DNA of 64,000 nt from Hemiscyllium ocellatum. Its lineage: Eukaryota. The notes under the pieces were generated by a model. It did not search any database, was not told the DNA's origin, and saw only the letters and a program-made list of their open reading frames with translations. Below, piece by piece: positions 50,001 to 63,627 of the stretch (the first letter of the stretch is position 1; each line of letters starts with the position of its first letter). The DNA is taken from contig NC_083405.1 of assembly GCF_020745735.1 (NCBI RefSeq), positions 67,422,345-67,486,344 of the forward strand, written 5' to 3'. Both the position numbers and the translations under genes were made by a program.

Positions 50001-51334
50001 TCGCTCAGACTGAAAACACGTGAAGCCCCATCTGGACAACTACATTCCTGACACCACAGCGACACATGGAACCACTAATTTCCAAGCATCTGATCATTCT
50101 TTAGATCTAACTACCACCTCATTAACTCACCCACTCACACTTACCAACTCACCCACGTGTCACTCTATATATCGAAAACCTTATCTACTTGCCACCTGAT
50201 GTGCCTGCCACCTGACCCATCCACCACCTAACACACTTACCACCTCAACTCACCCAGCATACTGAAATAGCCACTTACACATCCAGCTACCCTTCATACA
50301 ACCTACTCAATCACTCATTCATCCATTCCCCCATTCACATTTCCCTATAACTAACATTCAAACTGGATCTGAAAATGTGTCATACTGCAGTTAGCATTAA
50401 AACAGAGGGTGTGTTCTGTCAAACTCACCACTTCATATCCATGGAACTCTCTGAGGGATCTTGTGCTCTGCTTATCTGGTGAAAATGGGCTTGGATAGAA
50501 TTATGAAATAGGATCAATGTGGGGGATGTTCAAGGGATGCAGTAATCTGAAAACAATTGCAACCTCTCAGAAGATTTGAACCAATGTCAATAACTCAGCA
50601 GTTAGTGATACTGGGAATGACTGCAGAGATAAGATTGGAAGAATAAAGATGGCAATGAGAGACAGAGTCTGTCACTTCCGTTTTGCCTGCTTAAGCTCCT
50701 CCACTCACAGGATTGCTGCTCTCCCAGAGACAGAATCTATGATTTAAGGCGCAGTAAGGGCAAGAAAGAGGAAAACTGTGACTGGAGGAATTGGAGCTGA
50801 TTCTGGATGCATGTCTGACCTATTCAGCAACTTCAACATTCACAATGAGGAGGGGAGAAGACCCTGGAATAAGAAAGGAGAGAGGCAAAAGGGAGTGCAA
50901 AATCCAAAGAGGGTGATACTGTGAAGGTGTGTACTAGTACCAGGACTAGGTTAGAGATTTGCTGCGTATAATATAAACTGTGCTAAAATGAACAGATTTT
51001 GAATAGGTCTAGAAACTCAAAAACTAGGAATTCAAGAGATGTTGAGCTATCAAGAAGCATTTGCAGAACTATACCCAGCCACAATCCTACATGGCCTGGC
51101 ATTTAAAACTCTACCATTACTATCAAGTTGGGTAATCAACATTCAAGAAGAGTGCAGGAGGGCATGCACCAGTTATCTATAAAAATTAGACGTCAACCTG
51201 ATGAAGTTACAACACTGGATTATTTACATGGCCAGCAGTGGAAGTAACAAGAGATATGCAAAGTTAAGCAATCCCACAAACAGTGGATCAGATCTAAGCT
51301 TGACAGTCCTGAGACATCAAGTGAGATAGATAGA

Positions 51335-51665
51335 TAGAATCCATAATCTGTAAAAGCAGGCCATTCAGCCCACTGAATCCATACTGACGTTCTGAAGAGC
51401 ATCCTACCCACTACCCTATCTGTGAACCCTATATTTTCCATGACTAATCCACCTACCCTACACATCCCTGAAAACCATGGGTAATTTAGAACACCAAATT
51501 CACCAAACCTGCCAATCATTGGAATATGGGGGGAAACTGGAGTACCCGGAGGAAACCAATGCAGACACGGGGAGAATGTATAAACTCCAAACAGCCAGTC
51601 GCCCGAGGCTGGAATTGAACCCGGGTTGTTGGCGCAGTGAGTCCACTGTGCAATTGTGCTGCCCA
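51335..51665 (-). mobile_element. Older HE1-type V-SINE
   Basis: It has the V-domain, B box and CR1-like tail. Confidence 0.85.
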
Positions 51666-52159
51666 GTCATGAATGGTGGTAGACAAGTCATGAATGGTGG
51701 CAAGTAGCTTCTAAAATATCCTGAATGATAAAGGATCCCAGAAGATAAGTGCAAAAGAAATGCTGAAATGTGTTAAACCATCATCAGCCCAAAGTGCCAA
51801 GTAATGATCCATCTCAGCCTACTCCTGAGGGCAGTAATATCACAGATACTATTTGATTATTGGGTTGACACAACGTGAAGAAATCAAGAAGGAGCTGAAG
51901 GCAACGGATACTGCAAAGTTTATGGACTTGAAAATCGGTCTTGAAAATCTTCTGGCAGTAGAAAGGAAGATTTGTGCTCAAGATTTGAAAATGCCCTGAG
52001 CCAAGTTACTGTAGTGCAGATATAATACTGGCATCTACCTGGAATACGGAAATATTCCTATTGTGATTTGTCCACAAAATGTCAGCCAATTATGAATCCA
52101 TCAGTTCGCTGTCAAAAATCAGCAAAGTTGCGGAAAGGAACTACCAAAATTAACAAATC

Positions 52160-54480
52160 AACATTGGGAAATAAGGCAGAGCAGGTGACTGAGGTGTCAG
52201 TGGGGAAGCACTTTGGGGCCAGCGACCATAATTCTATTAGTTTTAAAATAGTGATGGAAAAGGATAGACCAGATATAAAAGTTGAAGTTTTAAATTGGAG
52301 AAAGGCCAATTTTGACGGTATTAGGCAAGAACTTTCAAAAACTGATTGGGGGCAGGTAAATGGATGGCTGGAAGTATTCAGAAATGAGACAACGAGCATC
52401 CAGAGACAGTATATTCCTGTCAGGGTGAAAGGAAGGGCTGGTAAGTATAGAGAATGCTGAATGACAAAAGAAATTGAGGGTTTAGTTAAGAAAATGAAGG
52501 AAGCATATGTCAGGTATAGACAGGATAGATCCGAGTGAATCCTTAGAAGAGGATAAAGGCAGGAGAAGGACACTGAAGAGGAAATCAGGAGGGCAAAAAG
52601 GGGGCATGAGATAGCTATGGCAAATAGTGTTAAGGAGAATCCAAAGGGTTTTTACAAATACATTGAGGAAAAAGGGTAACAAGGGACAGAATAGGGTCCC
52701 TCAAAGATCAGCACAGCGGCCTTTGTGTGAAGCTGCAGGAGATAGGGCAGGTACTAAATGAGTATTTTGCATCAGTGTTTACTGGGGAAAAGGATATGAA
52801 AGATACAGAATGCAGGGAGATGGTGACATCTTGAAAAATGTCCATATTGCATAGGAAGAAGTGCTGGATGTCTTGAAATGCATAAAAGTGGATAAATTCC
52901 CAGGACCTGATCAGGTGTACCCTAAAACTCTGTGAGAAGCTAGGGAAGTGATTGCTGGGTCTCTTGCTGAGATATTTGTATCATTGATAGTCATAGGTGA
53001 GGTCAACTAGGAGAAAGTGAGGACTGCACATGCTGGAGATCAGAGCTGAAAAATGTGTTGCTGCTCCTGCTCCTTGGATACTGCCTGACCTGCTGTGCTT
53101 TTCCAGCAACACATTTTTCAGCTCATAGGTGAGGTGCCTAACGTGGAGGTTGGCTAATGTGATGCTATTATTTAAGAAAGGTGGTAAGGACAAGCCAGGG
53201 AACTATAGACCAGTGAGCCTGACGTTGGCCGTTTTATGCGTGGGGAATCATGTCTCACAAAGTTTTTTCAAGAAATAACAAAGAGAATTGATGAAAGCAG
53301 AGTGGTAGACATGATCTATGTGGACTTCAGTAAGGTGTTCAACAAGATTCCCCATGGGAGACTGGTTAGCAACGTTAGATCTAATGGAATACAGGGAGAA
53401 CTAGCCATATACGGAACTGGCTCAAAGGTAGAAGACAGAGGGTGGTAGTGGAGGGTTGTTTTTCAGACTGTAGACCTGTGACCAGTGGAATGTCACAGGA
53501 ATTGGTGCTGGCTTCACTATTTTTCAACATTTATATGAATGATTTGGATGTAAGCATAAGAGGGAGAGTTAGTAAGTTTGCAGATGACACCAAACTTGGA
53601 GGTGTAGTGGACGGTGAAGAAGGTTACCTCGGATTACAACAGGATCTTGATCAGATGGGCCAATGGGCTGAGAAGAGGCAGGTAGTTTAATTCAGATAAA
53701 TGTGAGGTGCTGCATTTTGGGAAAGCAAATCTTAGCAGGTCTTATACACTTAAAGGTCAGGTCCTAGGGAGTGTTGCTGAACAAAGAGACCTTGGAGTGC
53801 AGGTTTATAGTTCCTTGAAAGTAGAATCGCAAGTAGTTAGGATAGTGAAGAAGGCATTTGGTATGCTTTCCTTTATCGGTCAGAGTATTGAGTACAGGAG
53901 TTGGGAAGTCATGTTGCGTCTGTACAGGACACTGGTTAGGTCACTTTTGGAATACTGTGTGCAATTCTGGGTCTCCTTCCTATCGGAAGGATGTTGTGAA
54001 ATTTGTAAGAGTTCAGAAAAGATTTATAAGGATGTTGCCAAGGTTGGAGGATTTGAGCTATAGAGAGAGGTTGAATAAGCTAGGGCTGTTTTTCCTGGAG
54101 CGTCGGAGTCTAAGGGGTGACCTTATAGAGGTTTATAAAATCATGAGGGGAATGGATAGAATAAATAGACAAGGTCTTTTCCCTGTGGTGGGGGAGTTCA
54201 GAACTAGACAGCCTCGCTTTAGGTTGAGAGGGGAAAGATATAAAAGAGATCTAAGGGGCAACCTTTTCACCTGTGAGTGGTGCATGTGTGGAATGGGCTG
54301 CCAGAGGAAATGGTGGAGACTAGTAGAATTGCAAACGTTTAGAAGGCATCTGGATGGGTACATGAAGAGGAAGGATTTGGAGGGATATGGGCCAAGTGCT
54401 GGCAAATGAGGCTAGATGAGCTAGTCAGCATGGACGAGTTGGACTGAAGCTGTTTCCATGCAATACATCTCTATGATTCT
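52160..54480 (+). mobile_element. CR1 ORF2 + 3' UTR with a PLE remnant at 53004-53122
   Basis: Motifs GASDHNSI, KFADDTK and LEYCVQFW are present. The PLE TSD is tcataggtgaggt. Confidence 0.92.
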
Positions 54481-57369
54481 AACCCTCGAACGATCACAAC
54501 GATCTTCCTTGTGCTAGTAGAACCCCAACAAGGGAAGAGCTTTCTTCTGATTATCACCGATGAGAACTGAATTGGAGGAACGGCTGGGAATTCTATATTG
54601 ATTACCTCACCCCCTGACTCCCCAGAGCCATCTACAAAGCACAAGTCAGTAATGTGATCGAATATTCTCCACTTGACGACGTAAGTGAAGCTCCAACAAC
54701 TCACAAACCTTGACAGCATCTGGGACAAAGTAACTGCTTAACTAGCATCCCATCACCAAGCTATCCTTTCACTCCACCCCACCACCAATTAATAACAACA
54801 GAAATGTTCACCCTAATTCAGCAACTTATCAAGACTCCTTGAACAGCATTTTTCAAGCCAGCAACCTTGGAGAACAAAAGTAGAAAATGCATGGGAATAC
54901 TACAATCTCCCCCAAAGCCACTCACCACCTTATACCACCTTCATTGTCACTGGAGGAAAATCCTGGAACTCCCTCCCTAACAGAATGGTGACTGTACCTA
55001 CAGAAAATGAATGGCAGCGATTCATGGAGGCATTTCACCACCACCTTCTTAAAGGCAATCAGGCAAAGCCAACAAATGCCGACCTAGCTAGCAACATCTA
55101 CAACTTGTGACAGAGTTTCTAAAATGAATTCAATTAAATTATTACCAATAAAGGACTTCACCACAAGATGAATTTATCATAATTTTCATAACCATGTGAA
55201 TGAGAGACCGAGCACAAAACAGTGGGATACGTGCCACATGATAATTTTTAAGAAACTCGCCAACATTAACTCACATTAATTAATGACTAAAAATACGTGT
55301 AATGCAAAAATGCAGTGTTCCTGTGAAAAACACAGTTGGTACAGAATGCTCTCCCAGCAAATTTTTCAACAGAATGAGGAGCACTGCTAAATCACTCCTT
55401 TAATCCTGTTAATTACTTGAATGTAACACAGTGTTAATTGTACAGATGTTCAATGACATATAACAAGTCATCAAATCCCATTGCAGACATTTCATTATTC
55501 TCAAAATGGTAGCAAAGACCAACACAAGATAATGAACTTCAAAAGAGAGGTTGATGCTCTCATCTCCCAGATTACTGTTTATTTTAAAATTGATTTTTGG
55601 AATTAAAATTTAGTCAGTGGATACCTATCCAGTGTGTGAATCTCAGGCATCCCTACACTGTCATCCAGGTATAAAATCATGAAATAAACCATTTGAAAAC
55701 AGACTAACCTTATTTAGGATTGTGCTAAGAAGCAGACTTTTTCAAAATATACTTGACATCAGCTGGCAACTAACTTGACCCATTACCAACTCAATTTGAC
55801 AAATGAGTTGACATTACCAGATTCAAATAAGTCAGTTCATTATCTTCAAATGAATACGAGGTTTTCTAGCGTGTAGTGAGTGAAATGAATAAAATAAAAA
55901 CAGGGTCTTATAATTTGTGAAGCACTATAACTTAGTTACGCCCTTTGAGTGCAAAGAGCAGCAGCTATGGTACGTTAGCAGTGGGCAGTCATGGAACTAT
56001 CCATTCTAATAATTATAATTTGATTGATCCGCTGCAAGAAGTACTACAGAAGATGACAGCCGTATCTGAGGTTTGACATTGACTTGGTGACCATGCCACA
56101 CAGTGCTGGTGTTACCAACACAACTTGGTGACAGCATTAGCATGGACGTGAGAGTCATCTGCCTGGAGTTTGTGGAGGAAACAAAATACAATTAATGTCA
56201 AGCAGTATGAAATCCTGATTTGACGTTAAAGCTGCCATTGTGGAGTTCAATTCACCAGCTTCCACTATCTCTTAAACAAATATAGCTACACATGTGCACC
56301 AAGAGGAAAGAACCCATAAGAGCTTTTTAAAGGACTACCAACTGCTTTAACTGTAACTATAATGACTTAAAAATATTCTCAATGTCACATGTAATTTAAT
56401 GTTAAAATGTTTAATCTGAAACCACTGTGTCAACCATTTACGGAGAGTTAAATATCAGCTGAACATTAATGTACAACTCTGCACTTCCAAATGGTAAAAG
56501 TTGATATTTTAAAGAGTCTTTAAAATAAATTTCCTTGCTGGCTTCCAACAAAGTTGCACTTATTTTATTTCCCATCTTAGAACAGTGATTTAATCTTACT
56601 GGGTTAATCATTGCTTGATTTTAACCATTTAAATTTTATGGTTTATGTCATCAGTAAAGAATTTAAATAGAAAGTTTAATATATTCATAGGACAAAGACC
56701 TGATTGAAGGTGAAGAAATATTCTTTTGTAATAGGGCAAATTAAGTTGATTTTTCAGTACACTCAAATATTTTGAAATAGAGAAAGGCAGCATATAAAAG
56801 GGTAATAAGATAAACCAAACACTGGGTCAGATTGATTAGTTTATATAGAATAGCTAATAAAATCGAATGTAAAGTTTAGAAATGTATAATTTATTTAAAA
56901 TCACAATGCTCATTAATTATTAACCTTAGGAAAAGCAAATATCTGAGCAGAGTATCAATTGTTCTTTAAAACTCTTTTCGATGTTTAATATTTCTGCCAG
57001 TGACTTTGCAAACACAGACATGAATGGCACAAAAGTCAGATGCTTAATACCTTTTTTTGACTTATTTATTCATTTGGACAGCCTTGACAAGGTCAACATT
57101 TGTTACGTTTTTCTACTAACTGAGTGTCTTGCTGAAACATTCCAGAGTTAACAATCAACCATAGGAAAAGAGCAAATTTCTTTCCCCAAAGGATATGTGT
57201 GAACCAGATGGGTTTTTACAGTCATCATGAATGTCTTAAAATCAGGCTTTAATTTGAGATTTTTTTATGAATGAATTTAAGTTCAACAGTAACAGCCATG
57301 GTCGAATTTCGATGGGCTGCCTTGCTAATCCGTGACATTCCCATTATGCCAACACTTCCCTTCCAACTG

Positions 57370-57690
57370 ATGGGAGAGATCTCAAAGGAGTTGCAGAAAT
57401 GATTTGAGTGAGTCCGAGCCAAAACAGCTTTTTAATGCAGACGATTTTGGCCTGGTCTGGAAGAAAATGCCAAATGGGACTTATGTTTCCAAATAGTTAA
57501 ACACTTGGTATTAACGGAGCAAAGGACAGGCTAGCACTCTTACTATGCAGCAATGTGGCTGGTTTTACATTTATTAGTGCTGCTTTGTAGTTGAGAAAAC
57601 CTTTGAGCCTTTAATAGGAGAAAATAAATTTTAAAATACACATTTTTGGAAGGCTAGCAACTGTGCCTGGGTTTCAGCAGTAGCACTGTT
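57370..57690 (+). mobile_element. Tigger/pogo transposase remnant
   Basis: It reads FNADDFGLVWKKMPNGTYVSK and AKDRLALLLCSNVAG, which are DDE_1/TIGD1-like motifs. Confidence 0.75.
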
Positions 57691-57857
57691 CATTCCAAAA
57701 TTCCCTGGATGCAGGAAAGATTCCAGGGAATTGGAAAAATGCAAATATGACATGTTTCTTCAAAAAGGGAGGGGTCTAGAAAGTAGGAAACTACAGATCA
57801 GTTAGTATCTGGTGTTGGAAAATTGCTAGTCTCCATTATTAAAGAAGTAATAAGAGG

Positions 57858-59683
57858 AACATAGAACACAGAAAAATACAGCACAGTACAGGCCCTTTGG
57901 CCCTCGATGTTATGCCAATCCAAGCCCACCTAACCTACACTAGCTCACTCTCCTCCATATGCCTATCCAATGCCCGTTTAAATGCCCATAAAGAGGGAGA
58001 GTCCACCACTGCTACTGGCAGGGCATTCCATGAACTCACGACTCGCTGAGTAAAGAATCTACCCCTAACATCTGTCCTATACCTACCTCCCCTTAATTTA
58101 AAGCTATGCCCCCTTGTAATAGCTGACTCCATACGTGGAAAAAGGTTCTCATGGTCAACCCCATCTAAACCCCTAATCATCTTGTACACCTCTATCAAGT
58201 CACCCCTAAACCTTCTTTTCTCCAATGAAAACAGCCCCAAGTGCCTCAGCCTTTCCTCATACGATCTTCCTACCATATCAGGCAACATCCTGGTAAACCT
58301 CCTCGGCACCTGTTCCAGTGCCTCCACATAGTATGGCGACCAAAACTGCACACAATACTCCAGATGCGGCCGCACCAGAGTCTTATACAACTGCAACATG
58401 ACCTCAGGACTCCGGAATTCACTTCCTCTACCAATAAAAGCCAGTACGCCATATGCCTTCTTCACAGCACTATTTACCTGGATGGCAACTTTCAGAGATC
58501 TGTGTACATGGACACCAAGATCCCTCTGCTCATCCACACTACCAAGTATCTGACCATTAGCCCAGTACTCCATCTTCTTGTTACTCTTACCAAAGTGAAT
58601 CACTTCACACTTACCTACATTGAACTCCATTTGCCACCTTTCTGCCCAGCTCTGCAGCTTATCTATATCCCGCTGTAACCTGCCACATCCCTCCTCACTG
58701 TCAACAACTCCACTGATTTTCGTATCATCCGCAAACTTGCTCACCCAACCTTCTAGCCCCTCCTCCAGGTCATTTATAAAAATGACAAACAGCAATGATC
58801 CCAAAACAGATCCTTGCGGAACACCGCTAATTACTAGGGTTATCCCTACTCCGCTTCCCGACTCAGGTGACTGACTGTGTGGAGTTTGCACGTTCTCCCC
58901 ATGTCTGCGTGGGTTTCCTCCGGGTGCTCCGGTTTCCTCCCACAGTCCAAAGACGTGTGGGTCAGGTGAATTGGCCATGATAAATTGCCCGTAGTGTTAG
59001 GTAAGGGGTAAATGTAGGGGTATGGGTGGGTTGCGCTTCGGCGGGTCGGTGTGGACTTGTTGGGCCGAAGGGCCTGTTTCCATACTGTAATCTAATCTAA
59101 TCTAACTGCACTCCAAGATGAACCTTTACCATCAACTACTACCCCCTGTCTTCTTCCAGCCAGCCAATTCCTAATCCAAACCTCCAACTCACCCTCAATG
59201 CCATACCTCTGTATTTTTTGCAGTAGCTTACCATGGGGAACCTTAACAAACGCCTTACTAAAATCCATATACACATCTACCGTTTACCCTCGTCCACCTC
59301 CTTAGTCACCCTCTCAAAGAATTCAATGAGGTTTGTGAGGTACGACCCGCCCTTCACAAAACCATGCTGACTATCCTTGATCACATTATTCCTATCCAGA
59401 TGTTCATAAATCCTATCCCTTACAATTCTCTCTAAGACTTTGCCCACAACAGAAGTGAGACTCACCGGCCTATAGTTACTAGGGTTATCCCTACTCCCCT
59501 TCTTGAACAAGGGAACTACATTTGCTATCTTCCAGTCTTCTGGCACTATTCCTGTAGACAACGAGGACATAAAAATCAAGGCCAATGGTTCTGCAACCTC
59601 GTGCTTTGCTTCCCAGAGAATCCTAGAATAAATGCCATCAGGCCCAGGGGACTTATCTATTTTCACCCTTTCCAAAATTTCCA
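57858..59683 (-). mobile_element. Young 5'-truncated CR1 LINE (RT) with a SINE inserted at 58853-59104
   Basis: Long open frames of 347 aa and 135 aa contain KSPGPDGI, NYRPVSLTS, SGVPQGSVLG and KFADDTK. Confidence 0.95.
58853..59104 (+). mobile_element. 5'-truncated HE1-type V-SINE
   Basis: It has the V-domain, tail and (TAATC)n. Confidence 0.92.
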
Positions 59684-59694
59684 TCTGGACGTCT

Positions 59695-61135
59695 GGAAAG
59701 TCAAAATATAATCCATCAGATTAGCATGGTTTTAAGAGAGGTAAATCACATCTGACTATTTGCCAGAGTTCTTCAAAGATGTAAAGATGCAAATAATGAG
59801 GATCCTGCAGGTGTAGTATACCTAGACTTCCAGATGTCATTTGAATGGTGCCGCAGAAAAGGATAATACACAAGCTAAGATCACATGAGGTTAGAGAGAG
59901 AATTAGCCAGCCAATAGAAAGCAGAGAGAATATTTTTATTGTGGTTGGCAAGATATCACTAGTGAGCTGCCACACGGTTCGATCCTTGAGCCGAAAAATC
60001 TATATTAATGACTTGGATGTGGGAAAACAGAGGACTATAGGCAAATTTGCAAATGATGCTAAAATAGGTCAGAAAATAGTTGCAAGGAAGAAATAAAAAA
60101 CTATAAATGGACATGGATTGTTTAGGTGAACAGACCAAAATCTGGCAGATAAAGTTTAACATTGCATGGGTTTCCTCCGGGTTCTCAGATTTCCTCGTAC
60201 AATCCAAAGATGACAGATTAGGTGAATTGGCCAAGCTAAATTGCCCATAGTGTTCAGGGATGTGTAGGTTAGGTCAGGGGAAATGGAGCGTCATAGGGTA
60301 GGGTAATGGGTCTTGATGGGATACTCTTTGGAGGGTGGATTTGTTGGGCTGAAGGGCTAGTTCCCACACTGTAGGAATTCTAATTGTTAAGTGAGATTAC
60401 CCATCTTGGTTGAAAGAACATAAAGGTAACTTATTTTCTGAAGGGAGAGAAACTACAGAGTATTTTGGTGGACAGCATTTCCTCGTGCATGAATTGCAGG
60501 AAACTAATATGCAGGTCCAGCAGATAATAAGGAAGTCAAATAGAATTTTTGCACTTATTGCAAAAGAAATAGAGTATAAAAGGCAACTTTACAATGTATT
60601 AGTGAGATTGTACCTGGAGTACTATATACAATTTGGGATCCCCCTTTATTTGAGGAGGCAGATAGTTGTATTCGAGACAATTCAGAGGAGATTCACTGGA
60701 TTAATTTCAGGGATGAGGGATTTGTCTTTTGAAGAGAGATTGAACAGTTTAAGTCTTTTCTCTCTGGAGGTTAGAAGAGAAGATCTACTGAGGTGTATAA
60801 GATTCTTCAGAGGATTGACAAAGTAGACACAGAAAGGATGCTTCCTCATTTTGGGTAATCGAACCTGAGAGGTCATAGGTCTAGGAAAAGGGATAGCAGA
60901 TTTAAAATAGGGATGTGGAGAAATTACATCTCTCAAAGGGCTAGTATAGTGGGGATGCTGGAACATTGAGTAAATTTGAGGAGATGGACAGATTTTTAAT
61001 TAACAGTGGGTTTACTTGTTATGGAGAGAGGGCAGGAAAGTGGCATTGAGGCTGAGGTAAGATTAGCCATGATTGGATTCAATGGTGGAACAGGCACGAG
61101 GAGCTGAATTGCCTACTCCAGATCCTAGTTCTTAT
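59695..61135 (+). mobile_element. Old CR1 (continuation of 57705-57855) with a SINE at 60163-60380
   Basis: It has KFANDAK, LVRLYLEYYIQF and the 3' UTR. Confidence 0.8.
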
Positions 61136-61157
61136 GTTTGTTGAGAATTGCTTTTTA

Positions 61158-61420
61158 TAGAATCTCTACAGCGTGGAAGCAGGCCATTCCACCCATTGAG
61201 TTCACACTGACCCTCTGAAGAGGATCTCACCCACTCACACCCCATCCCAGTAACCCTGCATTTCCCATGGTTAATCCATCTAGCCCACACCTCCCTGGAC
61301 ACTATGGGCAATTTAGCATGGGCAATCCACCTAACCTGTACATCTTTAGACTGTGGTGGGAACCGGAGTACCCGGAGGAAACCCATGCAGACAGTCGCCT
61401 GAGGGTTGAATTGAACCCAG
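61158..61420 (-). mobile_element. HE1-type V-SINE fragment
   Basis: It has the V-domain and tail. Confidence 0.85.
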
Positions 61421-61689
61421 GAATGAGCCAGTACTTATTTGAGGAGAGTGAATTTCGTCTTTAAGTAGACAAGTATATTAAGTTGTTAAAACAAGTTGGA
61501 GGGGGGCATTTGGTTACCTTGTCACAGATGGAATGGGATGCTGTAATTAGCTTCAGAGGTTTAAACTGGTGTCGACAATGTGCATTTGCTCCTACAAATG
61601 ACAGTGTACATCATATTGATGAATGCAGTATCAAATGTGCTGTAAGTGCCCACTGCAAATATGCATGAAAAGAAATCGAGTGACTTTGG

Positions 61690-63000
61690 AGTTTAGCACT
61701 TCAGCTAATAACTCTCTTAACCATGCATGGCTCAACAAGGATTCAGCAACAGGAAGGAACCATCAAGGGTGCCATTTAAAGGTATCATCACTTCCTTTGG
61801 TCTGGTTGTTGTTTGATATCTATTGCCAAGATTATACAAATCTACAGTGATTGCAAAGCTTGTTAAGTTGTTAAAAGTCTGCAGGGAGTGGTGTGCCATG
61901 AAGGACAATATATTCACATCAAGGCAGAGCAAGCTTAAACAGGCAGATGGCTCACTCCTGCTGCTATTTTCTGTGTTTCTGCATAAACCTGTTGCTTTCA
62001 AACACAAATGCAGGAGCAGACATTCCCCTTAATATCCAGACGACAAAGGTCCTATCAACTTGGTCCTACCACACATCACTTACTCTCCAAGCCACTGGGC
62101 AACATGGATCAATTCGCATACATTGGAGTTATGCCTCAAAGAGGGCACACACTGACAATCAGGATCACCATTTCCAATGTGCAAGCACAGTCTTTAGCAG
62201 TTTGAAGATCAAATTGTTTGATGACAAAGTTGTCAAAGTCATCGCTAAGTTCATGGCCTACAGGGCAGCAGAGTTACAAGCCTTTCTGCTGGAAATGTAC
62301 AACACACGTACCAAATCACTAGCGATGCCTCCACCAAATTCTGCAAACATAATGCATGATAGGGGCTCAATTATGAGTCTCCTGTGTCAGGCCAACATCC
62401 CCAGCACTGAAGTACTGTTTATAGTCAGGCAGTTACAATAGGCAGGCCACATTCTCCACAAGTCTGACATAAGACTTCCAAAACAAACTACCTCATTCGA
62501 GCTTAACTACAGTAAGTAGTTACTTGTAAGGCAGAAGAAATACTTTAACGATGTCCCTAAAATATTCATGAATAGATGCAACGTCCCCTACTTGAATCTG
62601 GAGAAGATTGAACCAACCACTTCAAGCAGCTCTGACAGGCCCAGGCAGAGGTCAAACAAAGAAAGGAAGGAGCATTCAAAAACCCAGGCATCCTGTCTAT
62701 CCATATCACCAAATACCACTCGCCCTGTAGTGACTACAGCAAGGTCAGCCAATTGGCCATTATAGAATATGAGTTTTCTGGTTGAGGCTGTTAATCTGAC
62801 CCAATCAGGAAGCTCCGGCTAACACATAAAAAGGAAAGTCTCAGGGATACTGACTCTCTAGTGTCGTATTCTGCATACAGCAGTACTATAGTTAAGAACT
62901 GTTCAGTTGGAAATAAAGGATCTGGCCTCTGTAGAGTTATTTCATGCCCCATTTGTGGAAGATCTTTGGTATCCAGCGCTGGACTGTTTAGTTACTGTTC
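61690..63000 (+). mobile_element. RTE (BovB-like) LINE remnant
   Basis: It reads QANIPS, *AGHILHKSDIRLPKQ and QKKYFNDVPK, and ends in the CPICGR...GLFS zinc-finger-like motif. Confidence 0.75.
62726..62944 (+). mobile_element. Solo LTR (219 nt) inserted into the RTE remnant
   Basis: It has TG...CA termini, a 5-nt TSD cgccc/tgccc, and CCAAT, cataaaa and AATAAA in order. Confidence 0.7.
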
Positions 63001-63279
63001 AGAGCGGGATGAAGGAAACCCACAAGCAGTATTTTCTTTGCATTTAAGATTTTAACATAGAGGAAATGGAGCAGCTTTGTGAAGCTTGTTGCAAAATAAA
63101 AGATGAAATTGTTCTGCTAATTAGAAACTTGGGAGCAGTCTCAAGAGTCCTCTGGGAACTTAGAGGTTAAACTATCAATTCATGAACTGTCATCATCAGA
63201 GAGACTTTAGGTTTGACTATAAGAAACCAGATTATGGAGAGTGAAGAACAGTGAAGGAAACAGAGTTTTAATCCTTTTG

Positions 63280-63477
63280 GAGATGCCGGTGTTGGACTGG
63301 AGAGGACAAAGTTAAAAATCACACAACACCAGATTACAGTCCAACAGGTTTAAAAGGAAGCACACTACCTTTCGGAGTATCACTCCTTCATCAGGTGGTG
63401 AAGGAGTAGAGCTCTGAAATCTAGTGTGCTTCCAATTAAACCTGTTAGATTATAACCTGGTGTTGTGAGAGTTTTAA
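63280..63477. mobile_element. Palindromic Penelope family B element
   Basis: It has the same arms as 1853-2106. The reverse complement reads cac-CTGATGA-a-ggagt-gat-actcc-GAAAg-GTA-gtg. Confidence 0.8.
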
Positions 63478-63627
63478 TGCAATTTGGTAATGCATATTGT
63501 CAATAATGTCTGGGTGGAACCTGTTTTGACTGCATTGACCATCTAACATATAGTCCACAGACTACTCAACTACGTTTGCCTGTTCCTGATAAGTGTCTCA
63601 TAGTAAATCTGGATGTCAGATTATAAA

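Larger units (their letters stand above)
48678..55110 (+). mobile_element. Fragmented ancient CR1-group LINE with a tRNA-SINE-like 5' head; pieces at 48678-49200, 51040-51330, 51665-52150 and 54480-55110
   Basis: The APE start reads ISIWALVSRLGELFYRLVKHQSDTVMLTES and the C-terminal part reads IYKAQVSNVIEYSPL. The pieces are colinear and separated by younger insertions. Confidence 0.55.

Noticed and set aside
50100-50350. C/A-rich strand-biased tract (actcaccc-like units)
   Set aside because: It is degenerate low-complexity sequence with no regular period or telomeric unit.
56006-56191. COBL N-terminal exon candidate after an acceptor-like ctccag
   Set aside because: It has no good donor, no Cobl-domain or KRAP motif, and stops in two frames.
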